Shown here: positions 28,040 to 36,662 of the stretch, piece after piece
Layout of the letters: each line of letters opens with the position of its first letter
Position numbering within the stretch: position 1 is the stretch's first letter
Assembly: GCA_035540495.1 (NCBI GenBank)
Contig: DATLGL010000014.1
Span: 8,910 to 72,909, forward strand
Length of the DNA stretch: 64,000 nucleotides
Origin: Acidimicrobiales bacterium
GTDB taxonomy: Bacteria > Actinomycetota > Acidimicrobiia > Acidimicrobiales > CADCTF01
Direction of reading: 5' to 3'
Made by a program: the position numbers and the translations under genes
The notes under the pieces: generated by a model
Databases searched by the model: none
The model's input: the letters and a program-made list of their open reading frames with translations, nothing else
Told to the model about the DNA's origin: nothing

Positions 28040-29845
28040 GTGTCGCAGTCGATGGATCTCGCGGGTGAGGCGATGTCGCGCTTCGACATCGACGCGGCCG
28101 TGGCGCATCTGTCCGCCGCGATCCGCGAGTACACCGCGGCGGGCGAACCATGCGCGGCGGCGATGGCATCGGTGCAGCTGGGCGACCTCATGGCGAACGC
28201 CATGGGGAACCTCACTGCGGCGCGGGCGTGGTTCGCCCGGGCCGAGCGGCTCGTGGCCGACCAACCGCCCTGTCTCGAGCAGGGTTGGGTCGCGGTTGCG
28301 GCCATGGGCTGCGACGTCGACGACCCTGCCGTCCTGCTGTCGCGGGCCGAGCTGGCGCTCGACCGGGCCCGGCGCTTCGGTGACGTCAACCTCGAGACGA
28401 AGGCGCTCGCTGACGCGGGGCTCGCACACGTCCAAGCGGGCCGGCTGGCCGAGGGGATGGCGCTGCTCGACGAGGCGATGGCGCTCGCGTGCGGGCCGGC
28501 CGACGACGTCGACACCACGGCGAAGTCGGTGTGCAGCTTCTTCACCGCCTGCTACCACGCCGCCGACTTCGGCCGCGCCGCCACGTGGGCCGACCTCCTG
28601 CGCCGGCACGGGCTGATCTCGCCGGAGCCGGGCGGGCCGGTGTTCCTGTCGAGCCACTGCGACAGCGTCCAGGCGGCGGCGCTTATCGAGCTGGGCGAGT
28701 GGGACGAGGCCGAGCGGGTGCTCCTCCGGGCGAAGGAGTCGTTCGAGACGGCGATGGGCGGGCTCGTCCCCGCGTGGCATCCGGACACCGCGCTTGCGGA
28801 CCTACGCATCCGGCAGGGCCGCCTCGCCGAGGCTGAGGAGCTGCTGATCGGCAAGGACCAGTCGATGCAGGCGCTGCTGCCGATGCTGCGCCTCCACCTC
28901 ACGCGGGGCGACGTCGACCTCGCGAGAGCCGCGGCTCAGCGTGGCCTCCGCGCGGTGAAGGACGACAGGCTTCGAGCCATCAAGCTCCTCACTTCCCTCG
29001 TCGAGGTCGAGCTCGCCGTCGGCGACGTCGACGCGGCAGTCGCCGCTTGTGACGCGCTCGCGGAGCGACTGGCGGGCGTCACCGTGCCGTCGCTGCTCGG
29101 TCGCGCCGCGGTCGCCCGAGCACGGGTCGATCTCGCTCGCGGCGATGCGATCGGCGCCGCGCTCGACCTCGAGCGGGCGCTCGACGAGCTCGACCTCACG
29201 CGGCTCCCCCTGGTGCGTCGGTCGATCGAGACTGCCCTCGCGGCCGCTCGGGCGCCCCGACAGGCCGACGTCGACGGACGCGGCCGGCCTGCTGTGCTTC
29301 GACGCGACGGCAAGCTGTGGACGGCATCGGCCGGCGAGGTCACCGTGCGTCTGCCCGACACGAAGGGGCTGCGCTACGTCGCCGAGCTCGTGGCCCGCCC
29401 TGGTGCCGAGCAGCACGCGCTCGACCTGGTCGACCGGGTCGAGGGGGTGGGCGACGTCGACCGTCGCTCCCTCGGCGACGCCGGCCCGGCCGCCGACGCG
29501 ACGACGCGCGACACGTTCCGCCGTCGCATCGAGCAGCTGCGGGCGGAGGTCGATGACGCCATCGCGATCGGTGCGCTCGAGACCGCCGAAGCCAAGGAGC
29601 GCGAGATCGAGACGCTGGTGCGCGAGCTTGCTGCCGCGTTCGGGCTCGGCGGACGCGACCGCAAGGCGGTGTCGGCCGCGGAGAGGGCGCGACTCAACGT
29701 CACCCGGGCGATCCGGGCCGCTGTGGGCAAGCTCGAGGAGGCGCTACCGGACGCCGGCGCGGCCCTCGACCGCCACGTCCGAACCGGCACCTATTGCGCG
29801 TATGTCCCGGCCCCGGGCGAGATCCGTTGGATCGTTCAGTCCTGA
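28040..29845 (+). CDS. Putative transcriptional regulator (MalT/TPR-like helical sensor + C-terminal putative DNA-binding region)
   Basis: EGMALLDEAMA helical repeats; C-terminal KGLRYVAELVARPG..AERARLNVTRAIR..RTGTYCAY. Confidence 0.65.
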   Translation: MSQSMDLAGEAMSRFDIDAAVAHLSAAIREYTAAGEPCAAAMASVQLGDLMANAMGNLTAARAWFARAERLVADQPPCLEQGWVAVAAMGCDVDDPAVLLSRAELALDRARRFGDVNLETKALADAGLAHVQAGRLAEGMALLDEAMALACGPADDVDTTAKSVCSFFTACYHAADFGRAATWADLLRRHGLISPEPGGPVFLSSHCDSVQAAALIELGEWDEAERVLLRAKESFETAMGGLVPAWHPDTALADLRIRQGRLAEAEELLIGKDQSMQALLPMLRLHLTRGDVDLARAAAQRGLRAVKDDRLRAIKLLTSLVEVELAVGDVDAAVAACDALAERLAGVTVPSLLGRAAVARARVDLARGDAIGAALDLERALDELDLTRLPLVRRSIETALAAARAPRQADVDGRGRPAVLRRDGKLWTASAGEVTVRLPDTKGLRYVAELVARPGAEQHALDLVDRVEGVGDVDRRSLGDAGPAADATTRDTFRRRIEQLRAEVDDAIAIGALETAEAKEREIETLVRELAAAFGLGGRDRKAVSAAERARLNVTRAIRAAVGKLEEALPDAGAALDRHVRTGTYCAYVPAPGEIRWIVQS

Positions 29846-29882
29846 TTGAACGCCGCGCCGCGCCACGGAACGCCATCCGGGC

Positions 29883-30617
29883 ATGGAACCCATGCAGCCC
29901 GAAGTCACCGAGATCAACGACGGCATCTACCGCATCTCCACCTGGGTGCCCGAGGTCGGGTCGACGGGATTCACGTTCAACCAGTTCCTCGTCGTCGACG
30001 ACGAGCCGCTGCTCTTCCACACCGGCCATCGCGGCTTCTTCCCGCTGATCGCCGAAGCCGTCGCCACGGTCATGCCGGTCGAGTCGCTCCGGTGGATCAC
30101 GTTCGGCCACGTCGAGGCCGACGAGTGCGGGTCGATGAACATGTGGCTCAACGCGGCGCCGAACAGCAGCGTCACGTTCGGAGCGTTGGGCTGTGACATC
30201 TCGCTCAACGACCTGTGCGACCGCCCGCCCCGTGCGCTCGCCGACGGCGAGACCATCGAGACCGGCACGAAGCGGTTCCGCCAGATCTCGACTCCCCACG
30301 TCCCCCACGGGTGGGAGGCGCAGGTGCTGTTCGAGGAGACCACCGGGACGCTGTTCTGCGGCGACCTGTTCACCCACGTCGGCGCACCGCCGGCCCTCAC
30401 CACGAACGACATCGTCGGCCCTGCGCTCGAGGCCGAGGAGATGTTCCACGGGTTCTCGCTGTCACCGACGACGGGGCCGACCCTCCGCCGCCTCGGCGAC
30501 CTCGAGCCCGGAACGCTCGCGCTGATGCACGGCTCGTCGTTCCAGGGCGACGGACGCGTCGCGCTCTACGACCTCGCCGACGCCTACGACAAGCTCGTGG
30601 TCAACGCGCTCCCGTAG
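29883..30617 (+). CDS. MBL-fold protein (flavodiiron/ODP-like domain without flavodoxin)
   Basis: FTFNQFL, FGHVEADECGS, TPHVPHGWE, LFCGDLF, MHGS. Confidence 0.85.
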   Translation: MEPMQPEVTEINDGIYRISTWVPEVGSTGFTFNQFLVVDDEPLLFHTGHRGFFPLIAEAVATVMPVESLRWITFGHVEADECGSMNMWLNAAPNSSVTFGALGCDISLNDLCDRPPRALADGETIETGTKRFRQISTPHVPHGWEAQVLFEETTGTLFCGDLFTHVGAPPALTTNDIVGPALEAEEMFHGFSLSPTTGPTLRRLGDLEPGTLALMHGSSFQGDGRVALYDLADAYDKLVVNALP

Positions 30618-30631
30618 AGCCCGAGGTGCGG

Positions 30632-32131
30632 CTAGCGGCCCTTCTTGTCGGGGAAGGGCCACACGCCGTTGGTGATCTCGATGTTGTAGAAGCCGCTGCT
30701 GCCGTCGGAGTACCAGATCTCGCTGCGCTCCGGCACGAACGTCGGCGCGGACATCGCATAGGGCGCACGCGGCGAGCTGCTCGTGGTGTTGGCAGGCGCG
30801 GCCTGGTTGGCGTATGCGATCTCGACCGGGTTGTACGGGTCGCGGATGTCGAACACCCGCAGTCCCGACACGATGAACGAGCAGGCGACGATGCCCGGCT
30901 CGTTGCGCTGGGGCACGGCGCAGTAGTGGGCGTCGTAGCCCTGGAGTCCGCTACTCGCCCCCGGGTCGTTCGCCCAAGCCTTCGCCGCCTCCGTGTGCTG
31001 GTTGTTCACCGTCAGCCGGAGGTTCGACACGACGAACGGCTTCTTCTCGTTGTCGATGTTGATGATGCGGGCCGCGCCGACGGCTGCGCCGCCACCGAAC
31101 TCGTCGACCTCGATGAGGAACTTGTGCGGACGGGCGGGCTTGCCCGTGGTGATCGTCACCGGGATCGCGGTCTGGGGGATGCTCACGGTGTCCCACGTCA
31201 GGTGGCTCACGAGGCGGAGCTGCGGGTTCGGCAGCCGGTTCTGCACGTCGCTGACGTCGAGGATGGTCAGGCCGTCCGAGCCGTCGGTGCCGCCGCGCTC
31301 GGGACTGCCGGTGTCGGCGCCGTAGAACCGGGTCCCGTCATCGCTGATGTTGAGGCCGTGGATCGACCAGTCGCGCCACACGCCGAGGATCGAGGGGACG
31401 AGCGGGTTCGTGACGTCGACCGCGACGATCGAGCTGGTGAACGGCGACGTCACCCAGTACGTCCGCCCGTCGGGGGAGAACTCGCCCTCGTGGCCGATCA
31501 CGCCCAACGGCAGCGACGACATGAGCACCGGGTTCCGGCAATCCTGGCTCACGTCGTAGATGTCGACGAAGCCGGGCTGGAACGTCGGGTATCCCATGCC
31601 GGCGGCGAGCAGCCCGCGCTTCTGGTTGAGGCTCATCGACTCATGCGGTGACTGCATCGCCGGCGTCAGCATCGACGCGGTCTTGACCGGCTTCGTCGGG
31701 TCGCTCATGTCGAGGGCGAACGCGCCGGTGCCATCGGTGTCACGGGACGCTGCGTTGCCCGGGAACAGCAGGGTCGAGTCGTAGAACGCGCACTCGTGAC
31801 CCGCTGCGTCGACGTAGCGGTGCACCCGGTACCCACCGGAGTCGCCGTGGCGTCCCTTCACCCGGGCGTTGCAGTAGTAGCCCTGCTCGGCTCGGGTTCG
31901 AGACGAGCCATCGGTCGCGGTGCCCGGTGCGTAGTCGGCCGCAGGGATGCGGCCCTGCGTCTCCTCCGGAGTCGAGCCGGGGCCGCACGGGCCGCTCGGC
32001 GTCGTCGCGTAGTGATCGACGACAGGCGGCTGCTCGCGGTCGGGTCGTGCGGTCAGCGCCTGTTGCCCGACCACAACGGTGGTCACGGCCAGCGCGACGG
32101 CGGCCGCGAGGGCCAGCGTCCTCTTGCTCAT
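30632..32131 (-). CDS. Secreted LVIVD-repeat protein
   Basis: Signal peptide; ALDMSDP, AVDVTNP, LTILDVSD, GLRVFDIRDPYNPVEIAY. Confidence 0.8.
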   Translation of the reverse strand: MSKRTLALAAAVALAVTTVVVGQQALTARPDREQPPVVDHYATTPSGPCGPGSTPEETQGRIPAADYAPGTATDGSSRTRAEQGYYCNARVKGRHGDSGGYRVHRYVDAAGHECAFYDSTLLFPGNAASRDTDGTGAFALDMSDPTKPVKTASMLTPAMQSPHESMSLNQKRGLLAAGMGYPTFQPGFVDIYDVSQDCRNPVLMSSLPLGVIGHEGEFSPDGRTYWVTSPFTSSIVAVDVTNPLVPSILGVWRDWSIHGLNISDDGTRFYGADTGSPERGGTDGSDGLTILDVSDVQNRLPNPQLRLVSHLTWDTVSIPQTAIPVTITTGKPARPHKFLIEVDEFGGGAAVGAARIINIDNEKKPFVVSNLRLTVNNQHTEAAKAWANDPGASSGLQGYDAHYCAVPQRNEPGIVACSFIVSGLRVFDIRDPYNPVEIAYANQAAPANTTSSSPRAPYAMSAPTFVPERSEIWYSDGSSGFYNIEITNGVWPFPDKKGR

Positions 32132-32221
32132 CGGTTCCCCCAGCTCGTTCTCGTCGGCCCCCGCCCGACCGAAAACGTCTGATCTGAACAGTAACCACGG
32201 CGACACTTACGCTGCGAGTTC

Positions 32222-32830
32222 GTGGGGAAGCTCGTGGGCGCAGTGCTCGTGCTCGTGGTGGTCGCCGCGGCCGCGTTCGTCGCCGGACGTTCTCAGACAC
32301 GGGACGACCCGCCACCTGCCGACGGCGTCGACGTCGGCTTCGTCCAGGACATGATCGACCACCACGAGCAGGCGATCCTGATGTCGTCGATCGTCCTGCG
32401 AGCGACGGACGCGCCGGAGCTGGTGCGAAACGCCGCCGTCGACATCATCGCCAGCCAGCGGTACGAGATCGGGGTGATGGACGGGTGGCTGCGGGTTTGG
32501 GGCCATGGCCGCGGATCAGTGACCCGGACTGACGCGATGAGGTGGATGGGACACGGCATGCCGGTCGCCGAGATGGAGGGCATGGCGACCGTCAACGATC
32601 TCGACCGCCTGTCGAAGGCGTCGGGCGGCGAGCTCGTCGAGTCGTTCTTCGCCCTCATGACCGCTCACCACCAAGGCGGGATCCACATGGCCGAACGAGC
32701 GGCCGAACGCGCGCGGGAGCACGACGTGCGGTGGCTGGCTGGGCAGATGGCCCGCACGCAACGCCACGAGATCAAGGAGATGGAGTCGATCCGTCTTCAG
32801 CTGAGCTCTTTGTCCGGTTCGTCCCGTTGA
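32222..32830 (+). CDS. DUF305 domain protein
   Basis: DVGFVQDMIDHHEQAILMS and LMTAHHQGGIHMA double-His motifs. Confidence 0.88.
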   Translation: MGKLVGAVLVLVVVAAAAFVAGRSQTRDDPPPADGVDVGFVQDMIDHHEQAILMSSIVLRATDAPELVRNAAVDIIASQRYEIGVMDGWLRVWGHGRGSVTRTDAMRWMGHGMPVAEMEGMATVNDLDRLSKASGGELVESFFALMTAHHQGGIHMAERAAERAREHDVRWLAGQMARTQRHEIKEMESIRLQLSSLSGSSR

Positions 32831-32897
32831 CCACGCAGAGTGGTTTACAGCGCGCTATGGGTGTGGTACTAACTAGTCCGTCCTGCAGATGCAGGTC

Positions 32898-33000
32898 ATG
32901 GGAAGCGTTGATCCGAACGGTCCTCACCGGCCCGCACCACGGGCACGGAGACAATGCGGTCGCCTAGACCGTTCGGGGAGTGAGTGGCGAGACCGACCCG
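32898..33000 (+). promoter_or_regulatory. c-di-GMP-II riboswitch
   Basis: GGAAGC-GTTGA, P3 CCGAACGGTC(32913-32922)/GACCGTTCGG(32967-32976), kink-turn GAG-TGAGT, pseudoknot GGTCGC(32958-32963) with GCGA-GA-CC(32987-32994), terminal CCGACC. Confidence 0.8.
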
Positions 33001-33045
33001 CCCAACGCCGGCACCTCGGTGCCTCGACGAAGGACGGGATCACCA

Positions 33046-34152
33046 GTGGACAAGGGGCGAGCGCTCCAGAGATTCGGGTTGGCCTCTATGGGGCTGACCA
33101 TCGCCATGGGCATCGGTGCCACTGCGGCCGGTGCCTCGGAGACGGCGTCGACCGTTAGTGCGACGTTCCGTTGCACGGCCGTCGACGTCACCTCCACCAA
33201 GCACGACCTCTCGAACGTGGTGCTCCGCTTCGAGGGCGGCGACCAGAAGTTCGAGGGCCTGCGGGGCACGACCGGCACCTTCTCCGGCACCGGCGCGTTC
33301 GCCGACAAGCCCATCAAGGCGGTGTTCGTGAAGGCCGGCAACAACAAGTCGACCGAGGGACCCGGATACGGCGAGCAGATCGTCCCTTCGACTGACACCT
33401 GCGGGCAGTCGGGGCAGGCAGGCGCGTCGAACACCGGCGGGTCGAACACCGGCGGGTCGAACACCGGCGGATCGAACGAGACGCCCGACCCGGCAAAGGA
33501 GTCGAAGGGGGACAGCGCCGTCGTGGGCGCGACGTTCTCGTGCGACAACAAGACCGTCGACGTCACGTCGACGAAGGACATCTCGAACGTCGTCCTCCTC
33601 CTGAGCGACGGTCGCGAGATCAAGTTCGACGGGCTCTCGGGCACCTCGAAGACCTTCACCGCTCCCGCCGGCACGACGATCGTCGCCGTCTGGATCAAGT
33701 CGGGCTCCAACGCTTCCGGCGACGGCCCCGGCTACGGCGAGAAGGTCATGGCGTCCGGCGCCGGCTGCTTCACCGGCGGCTCGACCAACACCAACACCAA
33801 CACCGGTGGCTCGAACAACACCAACACCGGGAACACGAACACTGGCGCCGTCCTCGGCACCACCGAGGTGAACGAGGTCGCTGCCACCCTCGGCACGCCG
33901 GCCAACGGCACCAAGGCTGCTGTCGGTGGTCTCGAGGCTGAGCGTCCCCGCGGCGCTCAGGTCCTCGGCGTCACGCTCGAGCGGCCCGCACGGGTCGCCT
34001 CGGCCGGGGCGGCCCGCACCGCTCCGGCAACCCTCGCAGCGACGGGCTTCGCGCTCGACCTGTCGAGCCTGCTGCTCGCCTCGGGCGGCCTGCTCACCGG
34101 CGGGACCGTCCTCGTCCGTCGCAGCCGGCGCAACCCCCGCAGCCGCCGCTAG
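33046..34152 (+). CDS. Surface protein with duplicated unknown domain and LAATG sortase-type anchor
   Basis: GTG start after GAAGGA; signal peptide; two ATFxC..VDVTSTK.D(L/I)SNVVL..KF.GL.GT..GPGYGE domains; Asn/Thr/Gly linkers; LAATG + TM + RRSRR. Confidence 0.78.
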   Translation: MDKGRALQRFGLASMGLTIAMGIGATAAGASETASTVSATFRCTAVDVTSTKHDLSNVVLRFEGGDQKFEGLRGTTGTFSGTGAFADKPIKAVFVKAGNNKSTEGPGYGEQIVPSTDTCGQSGQAGASNTGGSNTGGSNTGGSNETPDPAKESKGDSAVVGATFSCDNKTVDVTSTKDISNVVLLLSDGREIKFDGLSGTSKTFTAPAGTTIVAVWIKSGSNASGDGPGYGEKVMASGAGCFTGGSTNTNTNTGGSNNTNTGNTNTGAVLGTTEVNEVAATLGTPANGTKAAVGGLEAERPRGAQVLGVTLERPARVASAGAARTAPATLAATGFALDLSSLLLASGGLLTGGTVLVRRSRRNPRSRR

Positions 34153-36659
34153 GCGATGACTTGGAGCTTGGGCCGCGGACGGAACAGTTCGTCCGCGGCC
34201 TGAGGCCTCGCGAAGTACCAGCCCTGCGCCATGTCGCAGCGCAGGCCCCGGAGGGCGTCGGCTTGGCCCGGGACCTCGACGCCCTCGGCGATCACCCGCA
34301 GCCCGAGGGCATGAGCGAGGTTGACCATCGCGGCGACGACCGAGTGGTCACGGGCGTCTTCGGCGAGCCGTCCGATGAACGAGCGGTCGACCTTCAACAC
34401 GTCGACCGGCAACCGGCGCAGGTACGACAGCGACGAGTAGCCCGTCCCGAAGTCGTCGAGCGCCACCGACACGCCGAACCGGCGTAGGCGGTTGAGGACA
34501 CCGAGCGCGGTGTCGAGGTCGCGCAACAGCGCGGTCTCCGTGATCTCCACCGCCAGCTGGGCCGGGCTCAGGCCGTGGCGTCCGATGGCAGACACGATCG
34601 TGTCGACGACGTTGGTGTCGACGAGCTCGACGGCCGACAGGTTGATCGCCACGGTGAAGCGGTCGTCGACCATCCCGTCCCGCCGCCACTGCGCGAGGTC
34701 GCTGCACGCCTGCGCCGCGACCCACTCCGTCACCCGGCTGATGAGGCCAGTCTCCTCGGCCAGCGGGATGAACAGGTTCGGCGGCACGAGCCCCCGCTCG
34801 GGATGGTTCCACCGGACGAGCGCTTCGACGCCCGCCATCTTCCCGGTCTGCAGGTCGATCGCCGGCTGGTACTGCAGGCACAGCTCCCGCCGATCGAGGG
34901 CCTGACGCAGGTCGAGCTCCGTCTCGAGGCGCTCGAGGGCCTCGGTGCGCATGCGGGTGTCGAACACCTCGGCCCGAGCGCGTCCTCCGTCCTTGGCGCG
35001 GTACATCGCGGCATCGGCGTCACGGATCAGCGACGACGCGTCGTCGGTCGACGAGCTCGACCGGGCCACGCCGACCGACACCGTCGCGTACACCTGGTGG
35101 CCGGCGAGATCGAAGGGGGCCGCCAGCGCGGCCGCCAAACGGTTCGCGATCTCGAGCGCCTGCTCGTCGGACGCGACGTCGTCGCACACCACGACGAACT
35201 CGTCGCCGCCGAAGCGGGTGGCGGTGTCGTCCGGACGCAGCACCGACGAGATGCGACGGGCGGCGGCGACGAGGAGGCGGTCACCGAGCTCGTGGCCGAG
35301 GGAGTCGTTGACGACCTTGAACCGGTCGAGGTCGAGGAACAGGACGGCGACCGACGTCCCCCGCCGCTTGCTCCCCTCGAGCGCGTGCTGGAGGCGGTCG
35401 AGCAGCAGGATCCGGTTGGGCAGGCCGGTGAGCGGATCGTGGAGTGCGCGGTGCGACGACTCGTCGAACAGGCGGGCGTTGTGCAGCGCGGAGCTGATGT
35501 TGTTGGCGAACGTCCCGAGGATGTGCCGGTGGCGGTCGGTGAACGCCTTCGGATTGCGGAAGCCGAGGTGGAGGACGCCGACGACCTGTCCCTGCACGAT
35601 GATCGGCGCGGCCACGACCCGCTCCGTCCCCGACATCGCGGGCGACAACTCGGCGACGTGGGGCGCCTCGAAGATCTCCTCCGCGAGGGCCTCGTCCCAC
35701 GACGCGGGCGCCAGCTCGTGGGGCGTCCCTGCGCGCCACTCGACCGGCGCGCCGAAGCGGCGCGAGGCCGCCCGCGCCGCCAGTCCCTTGGAGTCGGTGG
35801 TGACAACGACCTCGACCACGTCGGCGTCGAACAACTCCGTGCAGCGGTCGAGCACGACCTCGACCAGGTCTTCCTCGTCGACCTGCAACAGCTCACGCGA
35901 CGCGCCGAGCAGCACCTGCCAGGTGTCGCGCTCGTGGATCGCCTGCAGGTACGAGCGGTAGGCGAGCGACAGCAGCAGGAAGATGACGGGCAACAGCGCG
36001 AGCAGAAGCGGCGACGCGTCGGCGAGGGTGACGATGAGCAGGCCCAGCGCCGTGTTCCCCATCCACACCAGGAGGTTGAGGATGAGGCTCCGGTCGTTGA
36101 CGTCGCGCAGCCGCATGCCCTGCGAGAACGCGACGGCGAGCGACACCGTCAGGCCGTTCCAGAGGAAGAACACGAACGACGCCGCGCTCAGCGCAACCCA
36201 CGCCTTGGGCTGCGACGGGTCGATGACGTGCGTGCCGAGGATCGCCCGCACCGTGTGGCGCGCGAGCTGCACGCCGGTGACGCAGGAGAACGCGTTGAAC
36301 GCGACCTTCACCAGCGGGCGGCGCCGCTGCAGGTGGATCAGCGCCGGACCGGCTGCGGCGACGAAGCGCAGCCACGGGACGGGCACGAGCCAAAGCCCCA
36401 CGACCATCGCCGTCTCGAGCCAGTTGAACGACTGGTGCTCACGGCCGAAGCGCAGGCTGAACATCGCCCGCTCGCCCAGGTAGAAGAGGCCGAACCCGAC
36501 GGCGACCTTCCACCACTCCGGCGTCCGATGGTCGCTGGCCTGGGTGATGCCCTGGACGCAGAAGAAGGCGCCGGAGACGATGACGACGGTGATCAAGACG
36601 TCCAGGCGGCGATCGCTCGCCGCCCGGACCTGCTCGTTCGTCTCCGACTGGTCGTCCAC
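34149..36659 (-). CDS. Membrane GAF-GGDEF-EAL diguanylate cyclase/phosphodiesterase
   Basis: About 7 TMs; GAF (APIIVQGQVVGVL); HDPLTGLPNR, RPDD I-site, GGDEF; EALVRW, EITE, DDFGTGYSS, AEGVE. Confidence 0.93.
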   Translation of the reverse strand: MDDQSETNEQVRAASDRRLDVLITVVIVSGAFFCVQGITQASDHRTPEWWKVAVGFGLFYLGERAMFSLRFGREHQSFNWLETAMVVGLWLVPVPWLRFVAAAGPALIHLQRRRPLVKVAFNAFSCVTGVQLARHTVRAILGTHVIDPSQPKAWVALSAASFVFFLWNGLTVSLAVAFSQGMRLRDVNDRSLILNLLVWMGNTALGLLIVTLADASPLLLALLPVIFLLLSLAYRSYLQAIHERDTWQVLLGASRELLQVDEEDLVEVVLDRCTELFDADVVEVVVTTDSKGLAARAASRRFGAPVEWRAGTPHELAPASWDEALAEEIFEAPHVAELSPAMSGTERVVAAPIIVQGQVVGVLHLGFRNPKAFTDRHRHILGTFANNISSALHNARLFDESSHRALHDPLTGLPNRILLLDRLQHALEGSKRRGTSVAVLFLDLDRFKVVNDSLGHELGDRLLVAAARRISSVLRPDDTATRFGGDEFVVVCDDVASDEQALEIANRLAAALAAPFDLAGHQVYATVSVGVARSSSSTDDASSLIRDADAAMYRAKDGGRARAEVFDTRMRTEALERLETELDLRQALDRRELCLQYQPAIDLQTGKMAGVEALVRWNHPERGLVPPNLFIPLAEETGLISRVTEWVAAQACSDLAQWRRDGMVDDRFTVAINLSAVELVDTNVVDTIVSAIGRHGLSPAQLAVEITETALLRDLDTALGVLNRLRRFGVSVALDDFGTGYSSLSYLRRLPVDVLKVDRSFIGRLAEDARDHSVVAAMVNLAHALGLRVIAEGVEVPGQADALRGLRCDMAQGWYFARPQAADELFRPRPKLQVIA

Positions 36660-36662
36660 CGA

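Noticed and set aside
32980-33045. N-terminal extension of the LAATG protein in the ORF track
   Set aside because: Lies within the riboswitch and leader; RBS and signal peptide fit GTG at 33046
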